DNA of 64,000 nt, taken from contig CAZMYM010000004.1 in the NCBI GenBank assembly GCA_964570515.1, positions 15,937-79,936 of the forward strand. Direction: 5' to 3'. This stretch comes from an uncultured Thermotogae bacterium (GTDB taxonomy: Bacteria; Bipolaricaulota; Bipolaricaulia; UBA7950; UBA9294). Shown piece by piece: positions 54,078 through 61,708 of this stretch. The notes below the pieces were generated by a model. That model saw only the letters and a program-made list of their open reading frames with translations, was not told the DNA's origin and made no database searches. The translations under genes were made by a program, and so were the position numbers. The stretch's first letter is position 1. Each line of letters opens with the position of its first letter.

Positions 54078-57000
54078 GGTGCTCTCCGTTCGTCTAGATG
54101 CGAGTCAGCAATCTCCGCGATCTTTCTTCTGTGCCAATCCATGATCAAGTCGAACAGATCGGGATACTGCTCCTTGATGGGAGCCAATACCCTGACCTCA
54201 ATCCAGCTCCAGTATTCGTCGTTGACATGCTGGGGTGTCTCCGGCAAAGGTGCAAGCATCATCAAGATCAGCACGCCTCTTCCTGCACGGACAACACTGT
54301 CTCCACTCTCACTGCCGAAGCGGTGAGCCCACCCTCGAACATCAACTTGATCCAGGATCCAGTCTGATCGCGCTCGCACGCAAGAGGGATCGCCATCAGG
54401 CTTCCACAGGTTCCTCAGCGTTCGGATGAGCACCCTGAGCGTCGTATCCAGCCAGAATGACTCCTCCGGAAGCTGAAGCCATCTGGTCATTCGAGCATGC
54501 AGCATGTTCTCCCGAATAGCTTTCAGTTCAGCTATCTCAATCACCTTGGCATCCTTGACTTCCGAAGCGCTGAGATGGCCTGCGAGTTCGTCGCCATCTA
54601 TGGATACGAAGAAGTATCCGCTGCGGCGAACGACAGTCCTGTATCCCAATCGCTCTTCAGGGGATATGGAACCAGCGGCAACCAGTGCATCTAGCAGATC
54701 CAAAGTTGAATAGACCCGCGCTTGCGACTCACCATGATTGATGCTGGCATGCTTATTGACAAACCTGTCGTCCACTATGATTGCGTCACAATCACTTGCC
54801 AACGCAATGGCACGAGCAGTGGGATGCTCGAATAGCGATTGCTCGTCAGGCGCACGCGCGCTCTGACGTTTTGCCACCGTGACCTTCCCCGACTCTATCC
54901 GTGACTTGATGGCAAGACGGATGCGCTCTATGGCGTTGTTGACCTTGTCGGAGAGAGTCTCATAAGCGATGAGCATGTTGCTCTCCAGCACCGACCTGTG
55001 CGAGACGATCAATCTGAAACCCGCGGCCTTGAGTCTGTCCAGCATTCCAAGATTAAGGAAATATGCTAGAGCCAGGTCATCCAGATACAGGATTGCCCCA
55101 TCGGCAATGTCTGGCTCATGTGGCCAAGGTTTCTCGTGAAGTTGCAGAAAGGCATGCGCCTTCTTGTACTCCTCGGCGGCCAGGTGCCCCATGTGCTGTA
55201 ACTTGTCCACAATGGACTGGCAACTACTCACGATAGCCGCGTGAGTTCCCAGATCTGCTTCCTCCTCCATGAGAGAACCCAGCCGATGCACTGGAGACGA
55301 TCGAACAACGATACGCTGAATCTCTTCATCGTCTCTTGCCCTACCTGCCTCTGCAATGAGTAGCGCTAGCTCATCGCCAATCTGAGCAGATAGATCACTG
55401 TCCGGTTCCGAGCTTGGGGAGAGTCCCTGCAGAACATCTGTCGCCAGTAGATTGCGAATCCGATGCGCGTCTCTAATCCTACTGGGCTGATGATATGCAG
55501 CCTTCTGCTTCTCCTGAAAAAGCCACGCGAGAGTGGAATGCGGCACATAGACCGTGTCAAATGCATCAAACGCCTTGTCAAGCAGATTCAAGTGGCTCAA
55601 GGTGAGCAATGCAGTTGCATCGATTCCAACCGCTTTGTCCGTCTGAAGTACTGCCGGATGCCGCTTGCCGCTATACGCTGGAATAGCACCTCTTCGACGC
55701 GGATCGTTCTCCGAGAGGTTCGCTAGGGCTGGGAGAAGCATTAGATCGAGAAGCGACTTGTTGAGGAAGTCAGCAGCAATGAACATCGGGATGTCGCCAC
55801 GGCTCAACTGCTCCCACACATCAGACTCTCGACGATCCCATTCAGGCTTCCGGTTTAGTACATCCCTCAGGGTCAGTTTGCGGATTGGCCCGCCATCCCC
55901 GGAGAGCTCAGCGGCGGCGCGAAGCCACGCGGTGACTTCCGCATCGTCCTCCCAACCGGCGCTTGCGGCCAGGAAGTAGGCGGACGCGAGGATCCCGGCA
56001 TCATCACTGCCCCTATCCGCTGCCGCGAACAGCAACTCCTTAGCGTTTGGTGAATTCAGTTGGAAAGCCAGCTGAGCAGCGTGGATCAACTCCTGTGCGT
56101 TCCTCTCATCTTTTCCCGCGCACTCGCTCGCGACAAACGCAGAAAGAGAATTCCAATCACCCAGGAAGATTCCAAGATTTACCTGCAATGCTCGATAATT
56201 CGGATCATCCTGCTTATCACTGAGCTTCGATAACTCGGAGCGAGCCTCCAGAAGCTTCCCCTCGTAGAACAAGGACCAGCAATAGAGCATCTGTAGGTTC
56301 CTTGATTGAACGAGCAGCGTCGTGTTGGTCTCCAGAAACTCGACAAGTTGCCCGTCCTTCTTGGTCTTGCCTAGAGCGATCGCGAATCGCTCAGCGTCGC
56401 GCACCGAGCGAGTTCTTTCGAATAGCATCTCTCCGTAATGGCAAACGCTGTCCCACTTGCTTTCGGACTCAAGCTCGTCAACCAAGGAAGCCAGATCGCT
56501 TAGCGAGTTGGTTTCCTTGAACTGCGCCCGTCTGGCATCAACCTGATCAGTTCCCTCTGCCTCGGCAATCAGTATCCGAAGGCGCTTCTCGTCCGCTTCT
56601 GAAACACCCTCTCCCGACAGAAGCTGCAGACACTCAGTCGCTCTTTGAGGCATCCCGGCTTTCGCGAACCTCTCGATCTGGAGGATTCGCATCGCCCTTG
56701 TGTCAATATGTTTGGAGAGCTGGTCGTAGTGGCGGGCTACGAAGTACGCCACATCCTCTGGAGTTTTCTGAGTGAAGGCGAGGGCAAAGCGGGCAATCGC
56801 AGCGTCTTGTGTGATCTCGCCGTGGAGAGCGATATGCTGCTCGATCTCCTGCTCGACTGCCGCAAGATTCAGTTTGACGCCAAATTGCAGGCCAAGAGGG
56901 ACAAGGCGAAGAGCGGACTTGGGATTCTGGAGCTTAGCCTCAAGTCGTTGCCTTCCTTCGTGTGATTCCTCGGGATCTCTCAGCTCAAGCCAAAGCGCGT

Positions 57001-57871
57001 ACTCATCATCCACTGATGCTGCGCGAGGGCAATCAAGTTGCCGTGCAGCGTCTGCAGCGCTAATGAAGTGGCGATGTGCAGTTTGGCGGCTTTCCATCGC
57101 AGTCGCATCCGAGGCAAGAGGGAAGTTCGCTGCGTCAAATGGCAACTGGTTGAGCACTCGAGTGCGGAACTCTGTCGGCACAACGACTATGAGGTGAGTT
57201 ATTGCCATCATGTGATGCAGGGCTGGCGATTCGTCCACGTCCTGATCACTTAGCACACTGAGAGCGTTCTTCGCGGCATCCCATTGGGCGAGTTGAAGCT
57301 GCTGCTGCAGGAGATAGAACTTGCCGTCAGGGCCCAGGTCCGAGACTCCAAGGCCAGCCGTTTTCAGCCATTCAAGGGCTCCATCTGCGCCTTCATGATG
57401 CGCAACAATCATTAGGGCCGCTGACTTTGAGGCGGGAGAGTCAATACTCGCAAGACTGCTCAGCGCAGCGCTCTTGTCACCTCTCCGCGAAGCAATGAAG
57501 GCATCTGCGATGTCGATCTCCGGCAGGTGTGCTAACGTCTTTGCGAGCCCAACGTACTCTTCTGCTTTCTCCAGTTCTGCTGTTGGCGATAGAAGACGGG
57601 CGCACCAAGCCAATGCCCGGCCTCGTACAGCTCCAGTTCCCCCAGAAAGATCTCCGTCAACGAGTTTCTCGCCAAGCGTCAATGAAAAGGTAGATCTGTC
57701 GAACTCCAGGAAGAATCTCGACTTGCGCAGAATGTCGACGTCATCCTCGGTCCTCTGGTCAACAAGCTCTGTTGGGAACTCCAGAGAGGAATAGTTGATG
57801 TCTCCGCCGATCTGTACGTTAAATGAACCGTCACCCGAAGAGATCGTTTGCTTATTCCTCTTTGGCATCAT
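54074..57871 (-). CDS. 1265-aa protein: N-terminal SG..S.NVQ.GGDI motif, about 700 aa of TPR-like helical repeats, C-terminal region with PIN-like acidic motifs (island gene 2)
   Basis: Start MMPKRNKQTISSGDGSFNVQIGGDINY. Later AVGIDATALLTLSHLN and ALASDCDAIIVDDRFVNK. Uninterrupted 3.8-kb ORF in an AT-richer island. Confidence 0.7.
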   Translation of the reverse strand: MMPKRNKQTISSGDGSFNVQIGGDINYSSLEFPTELVDQRTEDDVDILRKSRFFLEFDRSTFSLTLGEKLVDGDLSGGTGAVRGRALAWCARLLSPTAELEKAEEYVGLAKTLAHLPEIDIADAFIASRRGDKSAALSSLASIDSPASKSAALMIVAHHEGADGALEWLKTAGLGVSDLGPDGKFYLLQQQLQLAQWDAAKNALSVLSDQDVDESPALHHMMAITHLIVVVPTEFRTRVLNQLPFDAANFPLASDATAMESRQTAHRHFISAADAARQLDCPRAASVDDEYALWLELRDPEESHEGRQRLEAKLQNPKSALRLVPLGLQFGVKLNLAAVEQEIEQHIALHGEITQDAAIARFALAFTQKTPEDVAYFVARHYDQLSKHIDTRAMRILQIERFAKAGMPQRATECLQLLSGEGVSEADEKRLRILIAEAEGTDQVDARRAQFKETNSLSDLASLVDELESESKWDSVCHYGEMLFERTRSVRDAERFAIALGKTKKDGQLVEFLETNTTLLVQSRNLQMLYCWSLFYEGKLLEARSELSKLSDKQDDPNYRALQVNLGIFLGDWNSLSAFVASECAGKDERNAQELIHAAQLAFQLNSPNAKELLFAAADRGSDDAGILASAYFLAASAGWEDDAEVTAWLRAAAELSGDGGPIRKLTLRDVLNRKPEWDRRESDVWEQLSRGDIPMFIAADFLNKSLLDLMLLPALANLSENDPRRRGAIPAYSGKRHPAVLQTDKAVGIDATALLTLSHLNLLDKAFDAFDTVYVPHSTLAWLFQEKQKAAYHQPSRIRDAHRIRNLLATDVLQGLSPSSEPDSDLSAQIGDELALLIAEAGRARDDEEIQRIVVRSSPVHRLGSLMEEEADLGTHAAIVSSCQSIVDKLQHMGHLAAEEYKKAHAFLQLHEKPWPHEPDIADGAILYLDDLALAYFLNLGMLDRLKAAGFRLIVSHRSVLESNMLIAYETLSDKVNNAIERIRLAIKSRIESGKVTVAKRQSARAPDEQSLFEHPTARAIALASDCDAIIVDDRFVNKHASINHGESQARVYSTLDLLDALVAAGSISPEERLGYRTVVRRSGYFFVSIDGDELAGHLSASEVKDAKVIEIAELKAIRENMLHARMTRWLQLPEESFWLDTTLRVLIRTLRNLWKPDGDPSCVRARSDWILDQVDVRGWAHRFGSESGDSVVRAGRGVLILMMLAPLPETPQHVNDEYWSWIEVRVLAPIKEQYPDLFDLIMDWHRRKIAEIADSHLDERRAP

Positions 57872-58070
57872 TCCGTGCGGTTTTGCTCTTGATGTGCATG
57901 TCGTGACCGACTTGGACGTTCGTCGAACTACTGCCAGATCGGATCTTCTGAGATGGACCCGCCTTCTTGCGCCGACAGACCACACGCCCTAGCCCCGCCA
58001 GCAACACCAGGCCAGCTCCGGAGAACAGCCACTCCTTATTGTCCAGAATCCACTGCCCAAATCTGGCCAT
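57852..58070 (-). CDS. 72-aa single-pass membrane protein (island gene 1)
   Basis: GAGGAG RBS. MARFGQWILDNKEWLFSGAGLVLLAGLGRVVCRRKK, then SQKIRSGSSSTNVQVGHDMHI. Overlaps the next ORF by 20 nt. Confidence 0.5.
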   Translation of the reverse strand: MARFGQWILDNKEWLFSGAGLVLLAGLGRVVCRRKKAGPSQKIRSGSSSTNVQVGHDMHIKSKTARNDAKEE

Positions 58071-58316
58071 TCCTGGTCTCCTCTCTCATTCTCGTTAGAA
58101 GCGTCTTCTTCGAGCCTACATCCCTAGCCTTGCATGGACAAGCCCAAGACGTGCACCGGCTGACTGCAACGGCCCAAGGGCAGGTAGCTGAGTGGAATCT
58201 TGCCCGCAGCCCCTCCGACTTGCGTTCGCGCTGTGGTCGAGGATTCCCCACGCATCCAGGAGTGCGGGGACAGAGCTACGTACCTGGATGTGTGCCAGCC
58301 TCCTGCTGACAGCAAG

Positions 58317-58339
58317 CGTCGGGCCTTGCCTCAGCATTC
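58317..58339 (+). repeat. Degenerate dispersed-repeat copy (cgtcgggccttgcctcagcattc) 3' of the qor remnant
   Basis: Occupies the same position as copy 59463-59485 does relative to the intact qor stop. Confidence 0.35.
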
Positions 58340-58371
58340 GCCGAGGCTCTTCTCAACCCGCCGCGCCCTAC

Positions 58372-58655
58372 TCACTCGCTCACGGTGATCACGACCTTGC
58401 CTCGAACGTGTCCCGCTTCCAGATACCACATAGCCTCGGCGATCTCGTTCAGTGGGTAGGTCTTGTCGATGGCCGGCGTGATCTTGCCGGCCGCGATGAG
58501 CTCTCTTTGGAAGCCCAGATCCTGGTTGGGCTTGTCATTGACCGGGGCCAGTGTTTGGCCCACGAACGGAGAGAGTAGGACACACTTGAGCTGCTGGATC
58601 ATCGGTCCGAGCCAACGGCCGCTGCGCCCCCGGGGGTGCCGTGGAACCCTTTAGG
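58372..58655 (-). pseudogene. 3' fragment of an MDR quinone-oxidoreductase gene, also frameshifted
   Basis: LLSPFVGQTLAPVNDKPNQDLGFQRELIAAGKITPAIDKTYPL...GKVVITVSE is about 75% identical by eye to the C-terminus of 59521..60498. Upstream, ALTPKGFHGTPGG lies in another frame. Homology stops at a dispersed-repeat copy. Confidence 0.7.
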
Positions 58656-58680
58656 CGTCAGGGCGTGATCCTCTGGGGGC

Positions 58681-58697
58681 GGGCCTTTGTTCTTGAA
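58681..58697 (+). repeat. Dispersed repeat copy (gggcctttgttcttgaa) at the breakpoint of the qor remnant
   Basis: Read directly. Confidence 0.35.
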
Positions 58698-58856
58698 TTA
58701 AGGTTCTCCGGCTACTGGATTGCGATCGACGCGATCACCTCGCTCAACCCCTCGACAAGCTGATTGAGCATTTCGGAAGGTCGCTGCTCGAGGGCGTCAC
58801 GGCAGTGGAGAACTGCGACGCGGATTTTGCCTGCCATTGATGTTTCGTCCTGACAG

Positions 58857-58873
58857 AGTATTATTCTAATACT
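58857..58873. promoter_or_regulatory. Palindrome AGTATTA-N3-TAATACT upstream of abrB/relE (candidate autoregulatory operator)
   Basis: Read directly, 24 nt before GTG 58897, in an AT-rich promoter-like patch. Confidence 0.4.
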
Positions 58874-58896
58874 ATGCGAGTGGAGGAGGGAACCCA

Positions 58897-59154
58897 GTGC
58901 CGACCGTGAAAATCCGCACGAACCGCCAAGTGACCGTACCGAAGGTCATTTTCGATGACCTCGGCCTCAAGGAAGGCGACTACGTTGACGTAAGCCTCCA
59001 GGGAAGCGACATCGTGATCCGTCCAAAGCGTCTCGTGGACTTCGATGACACGCTCAGCCCCGAAGAAGAGCAGCTCGTCGAAAGGGGATTCCGCGAGCTA
59101 CGCCAGGGTAAGTCCGTTGCCTGGAGCGCGCTGAAGGATGAACTGGGCGTGTAA
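58897..59154 (+). CDS. AbrB/MazE/SpoVT-family antitoxin
   Basis: TVKIRTNRQVTVPKVIFDDLGLKEGDYVDVSLQGSDIVIRP is a swapped-hairpin SpoVT-AbrB motif. Confidence 0.8.
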   Translation: MPTVKIRTNRQVTVPKVIFDDLGLKEGDYVDVSLQGSDIVIRPKRLVDFDDTLSPEEEQLVERGFRELRQGKSVAWSALKDELGV

Positions 59155-59404
59155 TCTCTCGCGGCAAGCCGCGAAGCAGTTGCGCTCTTTGCCGCGGGAC
59201 AGGCTCGGACAAGTCGCCCGGGCGATCGATGAGATCGGGGAGGATCCGACGCTCGGCGATGTGCGTCCGATCAAGAGCGGCCGGTTCAAAGGCGCTGTTC
59301 GCAAGCGCGTCGGCCCATACCGGATCGTCTACTCGATCGACCCTGATGCCCGAGAGGTTGACGTCGCTGCCATCCTCACTCGCGGCGACACAACGTACCA
59401 CTAA
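59138..59404 (+). CDS. RelE/ParE-family toxin
   Basis: 17-nt overlap with the antitoxin. KQLRSLP...GKRVGPYRIVYSIDPDAREVDVAAILTRGDTTY fits this family. Confidence 0.8.
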   Translation: MNWACNLSRQAAKQLRSLPRDRLGQVARAIDEIGEDPTLGDVRPIKSGRFKGAVRKRVGPYRIVYSIDPDAREVDVAAILTRGDTTYH

Positions 59405-59462
59405 CCAGCGGGTCGCCAAGGTACGAGGTCTCTAGTCCTGGTGTTTGCGCCATCGCAGCCAT

Positions 59463-59485
59463 CGGGTCAAGCCTTGCTTCTTGAC
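59463..59485 (+). repeat. Dispersed repeat copy cgggtcaagccttgcttcttgac (GTCAAG-N8-CTTGAC hairpin)
   Basis: Read directly, between the relE stop and the qor stop. Confidence 0.5.
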
Positions 59486-59520
59486 AATCCCCGCGGAGAT
59501 CCCGGTTCCCTGCACGCGAT

Positions 59521-60498
59521 TCACTCGCCCACGCTGACGACAACCTTCCCTCGAACGCGGCCGGTTTCCAGATAGCGCATTGCCCGGGCGGTCTCGGTCA
59601 GCGGGTAGGTCTTGTCGATGACGGGTGTGACCTTGCCAGCTTCGATGAGCTCTCTCAAGAAGTCCAGATCCTGGTTGGGCTTGTCGTTCACCGGGGCCAA
59701 TCTCTGGCTGACGAACGGCGAGAGCAGGGTGGCTTTGAACTGTAGCGCCATCGGGCCGAACCATTCGCCTTTTTCCCCTCCGGTGGTGCCGTAGAAGCCG
59801 TTGGGCGTCAGTGCGCGCCGGCATTCGGCCAGCGTGTGATTGCCCACGAGGTCTAGAATCATGTCGTAGCGCTCCTTGCTGCGAGTAGTGAAATCCTCCT
59901 GCGCGTAGTCGATGACGTGATCGGCGCCGAGTGAGCGCACCAGTTCGATGTTCTTGGCGCTGCACACGCCGGTGACCTCAGCGCCCAGCGCTTTGGCGAT
60001 CTGCACGGCGAACGTGCCGACTCCGCCTGACGCCCCATTGATCAACACCTTCTGCCCCGGCTTGGCCTGTCCTGCGTCACGCAAGCCGATGAGGGCGGTT
60101 TGCGCGGCCATCGGCACTGCCGCCGCCTGCTCAAACGTCAGGTTGGCGGGCCTCGCCCTCAGCTTCTTCTCAGGCACGCTGATGTATTCGGCACAGGCTC
60201 CAACGCCGACTTCTGCGTAGACCTCATCGCCGGGACGGAATCGCGTCACGTGCCCCCCGACGGACTCAACCTGACCGGCCATGTCGCTACCGAGGATGGT
60301 CGCTCGCTTGGGTTTCCGCAGGCCCGTCAGCAAGCGCATGGGATAGGGGAGGCCTCTCAGGAAATGCCAGTCATACGGATTGAGGCCTGCCGCGCGCACG
60401 CGAATCAGAACCTCGTTGTGGTTTGGAAGCGGCTTGTCAACGTCCCTGAGTTCCAGAACATCCGGAGAACCGTACCTGGTGTAGACGATCGCTTTCAT
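59521..60498 (-). CDS. MDR-family NADPH:quinone oxidoreductase
   Basis: MKAIVYTRYGSPDVLEL, INGASGGVGTFAVQIA, GRVRGKVVVSV. Confidence 0.85.
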   Translation of the reverse strand: MKAIVYTRYGSPDVLELRDVDKPLPNHNEVLIRVRAAGLNPYDWHFLRGLPYPMRLLTGLRKPKRATILGSDMAGQVESVGGHVTRFRPGDEVYAEVGVGACAEYISVPEKKLRARPANLTFEQAAAVPMAAQTALIGLRDAGQAKPGQKVLINGASGGVGTFAVQIAKALGAEVTGVCSAKNIELVRSLGADHVIDYAQEDFTTRSKERYDMILDLVGNHTLAECRRALTPNGFYGTTGGEKGEWFGPMALQFKATLLSPFVSQRLAPVNDKPNQDLDFLRELIEAGKVTPVIDKTYPLTETARAMRYLETGRVRGKVVVSVGE

Positions 60499-60508
60499 GC
60501 TGTACTCC

Positions 60509-61471
60509 CTATCCGCCGTCGATCACGGTGATGACGACTTTCCCTTGGGCGTGGCCTTCATCCAGATATCCGAATGCCTCAGGGGTCTCGCTGAATGGGT
60601 ATGTGCGATCAATGACCGGCGTGACCTTGCCTGCTTCGATCAGCTCCCCCAGAAGAACCAGGTCCTCATGCTTCGGGACTGCGAGGAGCATGCTCCCCTG
60701 GCTGCGCAGGAACATTGACAATGCGAATGCCTTGATGACGTACCCCATGCCGGCATGGCCCGTATTGGGTTGGACCTTTCCTTGGGGAGTGAGCGCCCGC
60801 CGCAGATCGGAGAACGAGTGGTTCCCCACGTTGTCGAGGATGAGATCGTAGCGCCGCGGGCCCTTCGTGAAATCCTCCTGTGTGTAGTCGATGACATGGT
60901 CCGCGCCGATCGACCGCACCATCTCCACATTCCTCGTGCTGCAGACGCCGGTCACGTCTGCACCGAGCGACTTGGCGATCTGGACGGCGAACGTTCCTAC
61001 GCCTCCGGACGCACCGTTGATCAGAACCTGCTGGCCGGGCTGGACCTTGCCTGCATCGCGAAGCTCCACAAGGGCGGTGATTGCCGCAGTCGGGACGGCC
61101 GCCGCCTGCTCGAACGTCAGATTGGCTGGCTTGGTCGCGATCTTGCCTTCCGGAGCACGCACGTACTCGGCAAGCGTTCTGCTGTACGAACCGAATACCT
61201 CGTCACCCGGTCGAAAACCCGTCACGCTCTTGCCGACGGCCTCGACACACCCAGCCATGTCCCAGCCAGGCACGTGGTTCTTTGGTCTTGGAAAACCGAC
61301 GGACAGGCGGACCATCCAAGGTACGCCTCTCATCATGAATACGTCGCCGGCGTTGATGGCGGCCGCGTGCACGCGCACCAGGACGTCGTCATCCGTGACC
61401 GCCGGCTTGTCGATTTCTTTGAGTTCGAGGACTTCCGATCCACCGTATGCGCTCTGAACGATTGCCTTCAC
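60509..61471 (-). CDS. MDR-family NADPH:quinone oxidoreductase (tandem paralog)
   Basis: MKAIVQSAYGGSEVLEL, INGASGGVGTFAVQIA, GHAQGKVVITV. Confidence 0.85.
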   Translation of the reverse strand: MKAIVQSAYGGSEVLELKEIDKPAVTDDDVLVRVHAAAINAGDVFMMRGVPWMVRLSVGFPRPKNHVPGWDMAGCVEAVGKSVTGFRPGDEVFGSYSRTLAEYVRAPEGKIATKPANLTFEQAAAVPTAAITALVELRDAGKVQPGQQVLINGASGGVGTFAVQIAKSLGADVTGVCSTRNVEMVRSIGADHVIDYTQEDFTKGPRRYDLILDNVGNHSFSDLRRALTPQGKVQPNTGHAGMGYVIKAFALSMFLRSQGSMLLAVPKHEDLVLLGELIEAGKVTPVIDRTYPFSETPEAFGYLDEGHAQGKVVITVIDGG

Positions 61472-61472
61472 A

Positions 61473-61655
61473 TCATCCTCGCTTGCCTGAGATGAGCGAG
61501 GCGATCAGGAGCCCCGCGCCGATCCCGATCAGCAACGATGCGATGAATGCGAGAACCGACGCTTGAAGGAAGATGAAGCCGACGCCCAACCCGATCAGTG
61601 TCGTCCCTCCAATGGCCAGTCCACCCCGATCCGTTGCCCTGCGCTTCTCAGTCAC
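61473..61655 (-). CDS. 60-aa Gly-rich two-TM membrane protein
   Basis: GGLAIGGTTLIGLGVGFIFL...LLIGIGAGLLIASLI. Its stop lies 1 nt before the qor start. Confidence 0.45.
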   Translation of the reverse strand: MTEKRRATDRGGLAIGGTTLIGLGVGFIFLQASVLAFIASLLIGIGAGLLIASLISGKRG

Positions 61656-61708
61656 TCGAATGACCTCCCATGCGCTTGTTGCGGGATCCTTGTAGTCCTC
61701 TTCTTACC

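Noticed and set aside
57852-57871. Programmed ribosomal frameshift joining the 72-aa ORF to the giant ORF
   Set aside because: There is no slippery heptamer or obvious downstream structure. Simple overlapping, coupled genes explain it. It is retained only as an alternative in the findings.
11339-59485. Dispersed repeats considered as integron attC sites bounding gene cassettes (TA genes, GNAT and DinB are typical cassette cargo)
   Set aside because: There is no intI in the window and no RYYYAAC/GTTRRRY core pair. The flanked genes are in mixed orientations and several have their own promoters. The repeats are kept as an unclassified family instead.
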